A stretch of 64,000 bases of DNA from positions 70,308,001-70,372,000 of the forward strand of contig NC_043009.1 of assembly GCF_006345805.1 (NCBI RefSeq). Reading direction: 5' to 3'. Under the pieces are notes generated by a model. That model saw only the letters and a program-made list of their open reading frames with translations. It ran no database searches and was not told where the DNA came from. Position numbers and translations under genes: made by a program. This document shows, piece after piece, positions 12,334-24,158 of this stretch (within the stretch, counting starts at the first letter, position 1; each line of letters starts with the position of its first letter). The DNA is from Octopus sinensis (lineage: Eukaryota).

Positions 12334-13037
12334 CAGCAGCAGTTCAAAGAGTAAGAGTAAAAATAGGATGGTCAAGAACAGCAACAACAGCACCTTTTAC
12401 AACAAAAACAAGTACAGCAACAACAAGAATATTAACAACAATATCAGCAACAGGAACATCAGCGAACAACTAAGCGATATTAAAAGAAAAAATCGCTTCC
12501 ATGTTTAGTCCATATTATGAGTTTTTTGTTGAAAATGTTTGATATTTTCTATACAGCAGCACCAGACCATGTCGTAAATATTCTATTAATCATTCTAAAA
12601 TTTATAATTCATATCGATTTATTTCTGAAGCAAGATGGCGAAATAGTAGACAGCTTAGTGTATCAGTTAAATTCTCTGTCGTTATTTGTTCCTTTTCTCG
12701 GTGGTTTGAGTACAACTCAGTCTGGAGGTAAGCTTTCATTTTGATCCTTTCAGTCTCAACATAATTATACACTGGAATCACGTTTCGTCTCTCTTGTTCT
12801 CTCTTGTCGTCTTTCTCTCTCACTCTCCTTCTCTCCCCCCTCTCTCTCTCTCTCACACACATTCTCCTTTCAGTCAGAAATTTAAAAGGACAAGTTATTG
12901 CATTGTTCCACACTAATTCAGCATTAGGATAGTGTAAAGGATAACTTTCCATATTTACCCGAAAAAGTGACCTTGGCCTTGAAAAGAACCAAGTCACCTT
13001 CTACTTTTAATTACTGATAGGAAAAATAATTATATAT

Positions 13038-13113
<76 letters not shown>

Positions 13114-13184
13114 TGATGTTCACATCGCTGAACTTTTGAATTCCTGAATGTTTTTCTTTGAATTTTTTCTTATCTTTTTATAAG

Positions 13185-14086
<902 letters not shown>

Positions 14087-14186
14087 NNNNNNNNNNNNNN
14101 NNNNNNNNNNNNNNNNNNNNNNNNNNNNNNNNNNNNNNNNNNNNNNNNNNNNNNNNNNNNNNNNNNNNNNNNNNNNNNNNNNNNNN
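14087..14186. other. Assembly gap (100 N)
   Basis: Run of exactly 100 N, typical of a fixed-size scaffold gap. Confidence 1.
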
Positions 14187-14499
14187 TTGTTAATTTCTGT
14201 TGTCTGTCTGTCTAGCGGAAGAAAATTGATACGTTACAGATATATATGACACCAATTATATATGTAGAACATTATAACTCTTTGAAAAATATATCAGCAG
14301 TGATATTAATCATCCTTGATGCAAATATATTTTCAAAGGCATAAAATACGTGGTGGGGAACAGCAAGTAGTTTCTGGAAAACTTTCAGTGTAAATAACTT
14401 ATATAGAATATAGACTTTTATGTTACTCTGAATGCTAACCTTAACAATCGCAGTTGATTTCGTAACAACGTTAAATTTTTATAATGTAAACAAATCAGT

Positions 14500-14666
14500 T
14501 TCATATATATATATATGTGTGTGGTGTGTGTGTGTTGTGACTATAATACATATATATATAAATTGTATATATTATTGTAATACATGTATATATATATGTA
14601 TATTATATATATATAATATATATAATATATATACATATATATATATAATGTATTATACTATATATG

Positions 14667-14721
<55 letters not shown>

Positions 14722-15115
14722 TATGTATATATATATATATATATATAGATTATATATTTATATATATATATATATATATTGTGTGTGTCCGTACATACAT
14801 TTCCATGTGTGTTGTGTTATATATGTTATATATATGCATATATGTATCTATATGTGTGTGTATGTATGTGTGTGCGTGTTTAAGTAGATATATGGACACA
14901 GATATATGTATATGTATGTGTGTTTACACGCCCAACAGAAACACACACACATATATACATAACCATTACATTGCATACATACATACATACATGCATGCAT
15001 ACATATACATACATACGTACATATGTATGTATATATATATTATATATATATATATATAAATGTATATTAACCTTTTTTCATATATATGCATACGTATGCA
15101 TACAGATACATACAT
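14500..15115. repeat. Degenerate (TA)n/(TG)n/(CATA)n low-complexity tract
   Basis: Directly visible; explains the YI-repeat ORFs 14432, 14664 and 14920. Confidence 0.9.
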
Positions 15116-15914
15116 ACCTAAGTGTATAAAAAAAGCAATTTTAAAGTTGAATAAGTTTGAAATTCTAATTGATATCGTTCGTGAAGCACGAAGTTTATTC
15201 CGTTGACATTTGTAATGATAGAGACAAGAATTTAGTTTACAAAATTACATTAAATATAAAATTATAAGAAAAGAAATCAGCAAAACCAAGGAGGAAATAT
15301 AAAATATATGTAATGTAGAATATTAACGCGATAATGGTTCAGAAAATCATATTTGATATTGATTTCTTGCCCTAATGCTAATGTAGGAGAAAATAACTGA
15401 CAATTGCTCCAACGAAACAAACAACGATCCAGACGCACAACTCAATGCGTCTTGTTGATTAATGATAAAATATTATCTCACAAAATATCATATAACAATG
15501 ATTGTTATCATAGGTATATGGACACATGTTGCTCGAGGGCGTCGGGTGAATTTCGATTTGAAGTATAAAAGTAACGTTTAAATATGATATAAACTCGAGA
15601 AGGGTTGAGACATTATCGAATTCTCTAGATAAGCTTACAGAAAAATGTTCGGTTCTACGGATTAATACTGCATAACAACATTTAGGTAAATATTTCCCTC
15701 CAATCTATTCATATATGTTGTATAATATATTTTAATCTACAGATTCAAAGCCCCATAATTCCCTTTCTCGTAGGTTGTCCCAATCAGACGGGCTGTGATC
15801 GATTTCGTTCACTATTTTCTAGAAAGTCTTCAAGAATTTCTTCTTGTCTAACTTCAATTTTTCTATTTTCTATTTCACTGTCTATCATTATTCCCAGTGA
15901 TTTATAGATGTCGT

Positions 15915-16101
15915 CGTCTTCTTCTTCTTCTTCTTCTTCTTCTTCTTCTTCTTCTTCTGCTGCTGCTGCTCCTCCTCCTCCTCCTTCTTCTTCTTCTTCT
16001 TCTCTTCTTCTTCTTCTTCTTCGTATCTTCTTCTTCTTCTTCTTCTTCTTCTTCTCCTCCTCCTCCTCCTCCTCCCCCTCCTCCTTCTTCTTCTTCTTCT
16101 T

Positions 16102-16131
<30 letters not shown>
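15915..16131. repeat. (CTT)n/(CCT)n/(CTG)n compound trinucleotide repeat
   Basis: Directly visible polypyrimidine tract. Confidence 0.97.
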
Positions 16132-16132
<1 letters not shown>

Positions 16133-16895
16133 AATAACGGTGTCCAGGAGCCTTGTCACAGGCTGGGTCATCTTCTTCAACTTGTCATCGGGATCAAAGC
16201 CTGTTTTGAAAGGGGAGTTTGGGACAGTTTTGCTGCGTCTCTTTCAAGTACTTCATTATTGGGATGCAACTGTGGTTTTGTACAGATGGAATATCTTGGT
16301 CGCTACAATATTTCAGTAAGTACACCATTATAAGAACCCAGCGGTTTTGTTTTTGGATAAATATTAACTAGTCCTGTTTACGATGTCATAAGCACTATTC
16401 TTTTTCTAAACATTTTGGTAATTCTTGTCTTATTTTAGTACTAACTTCATTTCACTACTATTCAAACACCCTGGTCTCCCCCCGCCTTTATATAGAAATA
16501 ACACGTAAATATTTCCTTAGACCATTACTTGTTCGCTCTTTTGCCCATTGACTTCAAGCTCCACGCTGCAAGATGGTACAGTTTTAATATAATGAGCCTT
16601 CTGGCCCCTTCTCGAGGCCCGCTTCTTTCCTAATCCCTCTTCCATTTGTTTATTTTATTTTACGCTTTTGTATTCACTCTCATGAAGCTCCATGTACTAG
16701 ATCAAATGTGCTATAAAGATGACGAATATTATTTTCGGAATTTCTTTCCTAAGCACCGACAAGCACTGGATACGGAAACGGCTACAGGAAATGTTAGGTG
16801 ATGCTTTGTATTAAAAAATATTCAACGGATGTGGTTCAATTTGTGGATCAAAAGTTTCCTCCATTTGACACTCCTTTACCTTTTACATTATATTA

Positions 16896-16926
<31 letters not shown>

Positions 16927-16929
16927 ATC

Positions 16930-17135
16930 ACCCCTATTCCTTCTAATACATTTTGTCAGATATCCTGGATATATGACATCTGTTTTCATTCCTAACTCCA
17001 CTCTCTATTCATTATGTCTATCTAAATTAACATTACTTAACCATCCTTCACACCGTCTCCGATGAAGAGATATAAAAAAATATCCCGGAAACAGCTTGTA
17101 AGAGCTTCTATTTATAAATGTTCTTTCAAAAAGAC
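16930..17135 (+). mobile_element. Penelope-type terminal-repeat fragment with hammerhead-like motif (family C)
   Basis: Pyrimidine-rich leader followed by gtctccgatgaagagatataaaaaaatatcccggaaacagcttgtaagag. The element boundaries are estimated. Confidence 0.5.
17055..17104 (+). ncRNA. Degenerate minimal type I hammerhead ribozyme motif
   Basis: Stem I tct/aga; core CCGATGA (U4>C); stem II gagata/tatccc; GAAA; near-palindromic stem III ACAGC(T)TGT; GUA cleavage triplet. Confidence 0.55.
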
Positions 17136-17213
17136 TGGTTTGTTTTTTTCTTCATTCTGAAAAAAAAATATATATACATACATACCTACATCCACATACA
17201 TACACACCACACA

Positions 17214-17285
<72 letters not shown>

Positions 17286-17360
17286 ATATATATACGTATA
17301 TAATTCCATTAGCGAACGATCCTCTCTTTGCATTTTTCTTACTCGTTCACCTGTGCGTGT

Positions 17361-17630
17361 GCTCCACGAGGCTCTGGTAGGGTCTGGCGGCGAACGCTGC
17401 TGTACTCTTTCACCACAACTTTCTCTCACTCTTTCTTCCTGTTTCTGTTGTACCTGTATTTCAAAGGGCCAGCCTTGTTGCACACTGTGTCACGCTGAAT
17501 CTCCCTGAGAACTACATTAAGGGTACACGTGTCTGTGGCATGCTCAGCCATTCGCTCGTTAATTTCACGAGCAGGCTGTTCCGTTGATCGGATCAACTGG
17601 AACCTTCGTCACCGTAACTGACGGAGTGCC
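17361..17630 (+). mobile_element. 5'-truncated SINE (shared core, tail type 3)
   Basis: gctccacgaggct...actttctctcactc, then tail ctgtttctgttgtacctgtatttcaaagggcc...gacggagtgc, as in 53681-54037. Confidence 0.85.
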
Positions 17631-17711
17631 GCAATCCATCAATCTATAATATAACACAGTATATATACACATGAATTCATATACATGTAGACGCCTATAT
17701 AATTTATAAAG

Positions 17712-17787
<76 letters not shown>

Positions 17788-19779
17788 TATACTCACATAA
17801 AGTTAGGCACCAACACACACGACATACCATAAATATATTTCTAGATATACACATATATATTTATATAAAGACACACTCAAATATTCCTTCACACACACTC
17901 AAACACACAATCACACAAACAAACACACATACGCGCACACACGCACCCTCACCACACGCACACACACACATACATATATATAGTTGTACACCCTGTAGCC
18001 ATCCTCCACCCCAGAAATAAACATCAGAGCTTATTGATGTACTTCACAATTCTTTCCTACAACATATAATATGATATTCATGTAGAAAAAGGCACTCGAT
18101 AATTTCCAGTTTCCGATGCATAACACAACGAACATACAGGAGCCCACACAGACATACACTCACGTAGCAAACACGCGCAGACATCAAAACAAAGAAATGA
18201 AAGCCAAAAGGGAAAATTTTGCGGAATTCAAGTTTCAGCTAATTTGTTTATTTTTTTATATTTGATTTCAATTCTTCGTTTTATTTCTTTTAAATTTTAT
18301 GGTACATATTTTTAAAAATTATTTTTCATTATTTAAGCGAGGTTATCTATCGGAAAAATTAATCCATTATCTGTAATCTTTGTCAAACAAATGCCTAAAA
18401 CAACAGTTCATCGAATGATATTTTGCTTCAGATCCGAACTCACCCTCACAACTAATTTCCCCCGTATTTCTACTACTTCTTCATCACAAACCCCCCTCCA
18501 CAAGATTTTGCTTTTAAATTTGCTGGATCAAAGTTTATTTGTATCAGCTTTGTTGTATTATATACTCTCACCCTCATCCTATCCTCCATTACTCCCACCT
18601 TCTTTGTGCTCCACCCTCCATCACCGCCACAATACACACATCTCTTATTTATACCACATAGTGAGCAATTAGAAGCAGAACGAAATCGATAAATTGAGAG
18701 CTATTAGCAGGTGGCAGGGAAATATATAAGAATAAAACAATAACAGCATCAACGATATTAATATCGATTTCCATACATTATCATGAATTATTTAACGAGA
18801 AGAGAATCGCGAAGGTTGCAACGCTCCTTATCTTTATGAAAAAGCTTTAAAGGGGAGCCTAAATGGACGAAATTGAACATCAAAGCAGCGTGGTATTGGC
18901 TGTGTGAAGATTACTTGTAAGATGTCGAAGCTTTTTGACCTCTTCAATTTGAAGAACAGCTACGAGTCTACAGAATAAGAAACGTGCGAATATTGAATGG
19001 ACTGATAAGTTTCAGGATGTAAGTAAATAGGACGAGGAAATTAGTTCTGTGCTCAAATAATTATGCCTGTACTTCGCCCCCCCCCCCCCCGTTATCAGTG
19101 AGAACCATCAATCTGTCTTCTAGAAGCTTGTCTAACGTCTTTAACTCTCTGTTCCCCACACCCACCAATGCAAGTCAGTGTTTGCTTTTCATCCACACGC
19201 ATGCGCACATTAACACAACACGTTTCGTCACACACAGGCTTCTCTTCTATCATTCCCGTTTTGCCTTGTCCGTATATTTCACACTTTCTCTGCAACCGAC
19301 GCTTCAGTTCGTTATCGCGCTTACACACACACACAGAATCGCACACACGGCGGCGAATTCTTCCTTGTTCTCCTCTCGTCCACTTTTTCTTCACACTTTT
19401 GTCTTAGACATCTTCTCCACCGTTTTCACTCTACCAAGAGAATATTACACACGATCTTATGTGACCATTTAGACCAAACGCCGATCAGAGCGGTCGAAAA
19501 TGTAAGTCGTGAAATTCTGAAAATTGCAATTGGAATAAAATCTGTATAAACAGGTAACATATACGTGGCTGCCTTCTCTTTTCAATAAATCAAACGATTT
19601 GCACTTTTTGACTATTAATTTCCCTTTTGGAAAAACATCAATATGTTAAGATTTAATTTCGGATATCGCTTTCGATTTTTGTTTTAGACACCTATGATAA
19701 GTATTTGTCATGACATTTTGTGTTTTTAGTTTTCATATTTGTAATATTTCTCTTTCATGTGTGATTTTATCAGAGCGGT

Positions 19780-20167
19780 TTTCTTTTGTAATCGAACACT
19801 GCCGGCCGGATATTGTCACATCGAATAAGAGAGACAAATACTGTCAGATCATTGGAAAAAATCACCAAATACTCCGAATTGAAAGTGGAAATGGCAAGAC
19901 TGTATGGAATGCGAGAGGGTCGTGTAAAAGTGATACCAGTAGTGATCGGAGTGTTCGGCTCAATCCCATTGAAACTTCAAGACTTCTTAAGGCAACTGGG
20001 AATTCCATGCAAGATTGATGTCTTGCAAAAAGCAGCCTTGTTCGGCACAGCGCACGTCTTAAAGGAAGTATTGTCTGTCTTAGGTACCTGTTGTGACTTG
20101 ACAGATGACTAAAGACTCCGGTACATTTTTACCTACAGTGTGTTACGAAGGAATAATAATAATAACA
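19780..20167 (+). mobile_element. R4/Dong-type LINE 3' fragment (RLE C-terminus) with (AAT)n tail
   Basis: IEHCRPDIVTSNKRDKYCQII (PD motif), EKITKYSELKVEMARLYG...VIPVVIGVFGSIP...LQKAALFGTAHVLKEVLSV; short 3' UTR, then aataataataataac. Confidence 0.9.
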
Positions 20168-20184
20168 ATCGCAAGATCAAACTT

Positions 20185-20750
20185 TAGCCAAGAACTGAGG
20201 CTGTAACTGAGGGAGAAAATGTGAAGATTCTTTGGGACTTCTCAGTATGTACAGACGGGACCATCAAAACAAATAAACCAGATATTGTTGGGAAAGACCA
20301 AAACAATAAAGTCTGTTTATTAATTGACATGGGCATACCCTGTGACAATAATATCTCGGCAAAAGAATTTGAAAAGCTCAGAAAATATAAAGATTTACTC
20401 ATCAAAATCGAAAAGATGTGGCATGGCAAGACTGTTATGATACTGTGATTGTAGGAGCACGTGGAATGACCAAAAGAGGAAGTGAAAATTATTTATGTAT
20501 GATCCCTGGTTTACCGTCAATGCAGGAAGTGCAAAAGATTGTCTTGACTGCTACCGAGAACAGCATCGTCACTTTCTATTTTCTTCCCTTTTCCTCTTTT
20601 ATTTTCTTTCTTTTTTCCCCTTTTCTCTCTGTCCTTCTTCCCCCTTTTCTCTCTGTCACATGACTTTGTAAATGAACTAGAATGTTTATTTTGATGGCCG
20701 ATCAATGCATACAGTGAAGTTCTTTGCCCTAGGCATCAGGAAGACACTCC
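20185..20750 (+). mobile_element. Second, different R4/Dong-type LINE 3' fragment directly behind the first
   Basis: VTEGENVKILWDFSVCTDGTIKTNKPDIVGKDQNNKVCLLIDMGIPCDNNISAKEFEKLRKYKDL..., VIVGARGM...QEVQKIVL. The 3' UTR piece ttctttgccctaggcatcaggaagacactc matches 262-395. Confidence 0.88.
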
Positions 20751-20882
20751 TATGTTTCTGACGAAGAGCTCCGCTCGAAACGTTTAACCCTCCTTCTTTC
20801 CTTCTTTCCTGAGCGTCCAATAATACTTTATTTGTTCCACGTCCTCGCGTTGTTGTGTTTTTTTGTGCTTTCTTGTTTGAAT

Positions 20883-20887
<5 letters not shown>
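20748..20887 (+). mobile_element. Short Penelope-type terminal-repeat element with hammerhead motif (family A)
   Basis: cctatgtttctgacgaagagctccgctcgaaacgtttaaccctcc...ttccacgtcctcgcgttgttg...attaac, then (TA)n; a second copy is at 58546-58727. Confidence 0.75.
20754..20788 (+). ncRNA. Minimal type I hammerhead ribozyme motif
   Basis: GTTT-CTGACGA-A-GAGC-tcc-GCTC-GAAA-CG-T-T-TAAC: canonical CUGANGA/GAAA core, 4-bp stem II, loopless palindromic stem III (ACGT), stem I with one mismatch. Confidence 0.65.
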
Positions 20888-20915
<28 letters not shown>

Positions 20916-20947
<32 letters not shown>

Positions 20948-22226
20948 TGTGTGTGTGTGTGTATTATTGTTTTTTTCTACCAGTAATTACAAACAGAACC
21001 GGTTGAATTGCTTCGTTTCAAGGTAGCTCTCCCAGTATCCACTGTAGTTGTAAACACATTTGACCTCTGCTGACCTAAAGGCTGCGAAGAGTCCTTTGTC
21101 TCTATGGCTGTCCCCCCACCACCTGCGTTTCATCATGAAAGTTACTTGGAACAAACAAGGAACAATACTCATGCTGATGTTTATCTTAATTTCTATTAAG
21201 TATGATCTGTATATCACAACTAGTATCATTGTTAACAACAGTGATCTGCTAACCGCCAGTCTGCGAGCCGACTAGATACTTATAATGTACAGGGAGCTGT
21301 GACTAAAAAAGCGGGAACCATACATCTAACTCTACACACAGGATATACATACATTATCTATCAATCTATCTATCTAGTCACACACACACACACACACACA
21401 TATATATACGTAGACGCACACAAACATATACTGATTTACCACACTTAAACTGACATGTCATTTCGCAAACTAACCCAAATTACTATTGAAAGTTTTCAGA
21501 AGAGAAATTAATGAATACAGATATATGACTCTTCAGACAATATATAGAAATCGAAAGATAGTTGTGTGTGTGTGGTGTGTGTGTGTGTGGTGTGTGTGTG
21601 TGTGTGTATGTGTGTGTGTGTGTGTGTATTATTGTTTTTTTTCTACCAGTAATTACAAACAGAACCGGTTGAATTGCTTCGTTTCAAGGTAGCTCTCCAG
21701 TATCCACTGTAGTTGTAAACACATTTGACCTCTGCTGACCTAAAGGCTGCGAAGAGTCCTTTGTCTCTATGGCTGTCCCCCCACCACCTGCGTTTCATCA
21801 TGAAAGTTACTTGGAACAAACAAGGAACAATACTCATGCTGATGTTTATCTTAATTTCTATTAAGTATGATCTGTATATCACAACTAGTATCATTGTTAA
21901 CAACAGTGATCTGCTAACCGCCAGTCTGCGAGCCGACTAGATACTTATAATGTACAGGGAGCTGTGACTAAAAAAGCGGGAACCATACATCTAACTCTAC
22001 ACACAGGATATACATACATTATCTATCAATCTATCTATCTAGTCACACACACACACACACACACATATATATACGTAGACGCACACAAACATATACTGAT
22101 TTACCACACTTAAACTGACATGTCATTTCGCAAACTAACCCAAATTACTATTGAAAGTTTTCAGAAGAGAAATTAATGAATACAGATATATGACTCTTCA
22201 GACAATATATAGAAATCGAAAGATAG

Positions 22227-22274
<48 letters not shown>
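20916..22274. repeat. Tandem duplication, unit about 665 bp x2, bounded by three (GT)n tracts
   Basis: gtattattgttt at 20961 and 21626; gacaatatatagaaatcg at 21536 and 22201; copies differ only by single-base indels. Confidence 0.97.
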
Positions 22275-22277
<3 letters not shown>

Positions 22278-22337
22278 CATGTGGTGATCTTCCGATTTTT
22301 ATATTTGTTCTGAAGAGTCATATAACTGCTGAAAACT
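22156..22337. mobile_element. MITE-like imperfect inverted repeat with a (GT)n core
   Basis: Left arm agttttcag...tatatgactcttcagacaatatatagaaatcgaaagat; right arm atcttccgatttttatatttgttctgaagagtcatataactgctgaaaact is its reverse complement with indels. Confidence 0.6.
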
Positions 22338-23357
22338 ACGTGTAGAATGAAATGCGTAAATTGAACACTCAATGGGTTTTTTGTTATAATATATCTATTG
22401 CAAATATATAAATGCAGTGATTAAACGTTGTGAATAACGTGCAAAAAATATGCAGCATAAATAATCTCGTCAGAATCTATTTAAAAAGCTTTAATTTTAA
22501 ATTAGAATGATGTAAAAAGCTCGGAAAAAGTTTCATTTGAAAGGGACAGGTTAAAAATAAGCAATTCAGGGATTAAATGCATGTAATTTAAATAGTATAA
22601 AAAATGGTATTTGTTAGATTTCTACAGCTGGGCCTCAATATGTGATTGCAATAACTGCTTCATGTGTTTTCTCATGCTTTGCAGTTTGTCCGCAATTATT
22701 TAGGGGTGAAATAGGTGTTGACCCTGAAAAGAAATAACAGTATTTGTGATGCAGTCATGGCTGACTTAAGTAAGTTTATTCTTTAAGCAGGGGATATTGT
22801 CTGATAAAATTATGATGGTACAGAAAACAGAAGGGACTAATGTGTCAAAAATATGATTAATTTCTTTTTCAAAGAAGGGTCATTTTGATTGTTTCAAACA
22901 TAGAATACAGCATAATGAACAAAAATACATTTCCGCGACAAACTTTGTGAGACTATAACGAAAATCTGCTGCGGAAGGTCAAAATTCAAAATAAAGGAAA
23001 TAAAATAGAATGAAATATAATAAAAATGATAAACGAAATAACCGTAGCATTCCGTAAAGCTATTCCAAATTTCGACCAACATAATTTTTCCAAAAATCCC
23101 CGAGAACGGGCTTTGCTGAACGTCTTTACAAAGGCTCCGCCATTACTGAGAGCGAATGTTTGAGAATCTGAATAGGTCGCTCAAATACGTCCAACTTTTC
23201 GATGTTTCTGGAAAAATGTTCCAAATTGAGAAATTTTTTACTGTTGGAAAGAACGGTCGCAGAAGATAATATTTGGTTGTCCTGTTTACACCCGAAGTAA
23301 AACCGATGTGAATACTAATATTATTGTATATGTTAATATTTCCCGGTGTAGGGGGGT

Positions 23358-23555
23358 GAGAGGGCAAAATCAGTAGCACGCCGGGAAAACAAGCGGCGTT
23401 TTGTCTGGTTCTAAGTTCAAACTCCACCGAGATCTATTTTGCCCTTCATTCTTTCCTGGTCCATGAAATAAGTACCAGTTGAGCATTGGGGTCGATGTAA
23501 CAGATCTATCCCCTCCCTTTAAATAGCTGGCCTTGTGCCAAAATTTGAAATCAAT
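23358..23555 (+). mobile_element. SINE (gagctggcagaa family)
   Basis: tagcacgccggg...gttctaagttcaaactccaccgag...aagtaccagttgagcattggggtcgatgtaa...ggccttgtgccaaaatttgaaa. Confidence 0.85.
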
Positions 23556-23816
23556 GTTTTCACGCTGTAAACTTAAAATGTCGGACTTCTTTGTTTGTTG
23601 TTTGCATTAAATGATAATATTTTCTTAATATTTGATTTTTTTTTTGTTTGTTTTCTGAGTATAAAATGCAATTTTTCTGTAATTTCTGTTTTATATTTGT
23701 TTGTTCAATTAATACAAGCATTTGATGGGAACAAGTTTACATATATCCTCAGGGGATAATAACAGCAAACTGCAAAACAACACCAAGAAGAGCAATAATG
23801 AGGATAATAATGAATA

Positions 23817-23920
23817 TGAAGAAGAAGAAGAAGAAGAAGAAGAAGAAGAAGAAGAAGAAGAAGAAGAAGAAGAAGAAGAAGAAGAAGAAGAAGAAGAAGA
23901 AGAAGAAGAAGAAGAAGAAG
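23817..23920. repeat. (GAA)n microsatellite
   Basis: Directly visible; source of the poly-Glu/poly-Ser ORFs. Confidence 0.97.
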
Positions 23921-23960
23921 ATGTGTGCAATATTATAGAAAAAATATCTTATATGTAATT

Positions 23961-24158
23961 ATTTTCTACTCAAGGCACAAGGCCCAGAGTTTTGTGGGGA
24001 GGGTGCCAATCGATTAGATCAACCTCAGTACGCAATGGGTATTTAATTTATCGACCCCGAAAATATGAAATGCAAAATTTGAACTCAAAACATAAAGACA
24101 GATGAAATACCGCTAATCATTTCTCCTGGGGTGCTAACGTTTCTGCTAGCTCGCCGCC
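23961..24158 (-). mobile_element. SINE (gagctggcagaa family), inverted relative to 23358
   Basis: caaggcacaaggcc...tttatcgaccccgaaa...tttgaactcaaaac...aaataccgctaa...gtgctaacgtttctgctagctcgccgcc. Confidence 0.85.

Noticed and set aside
16131-16340. CNCGFVQMEYL resembling an RTE-X C-terminal Cys motif next to (CTT)n
   Set aside because: The surrounding residues do not fit and the strand and tail orientation are inconsistent; too weak to call.
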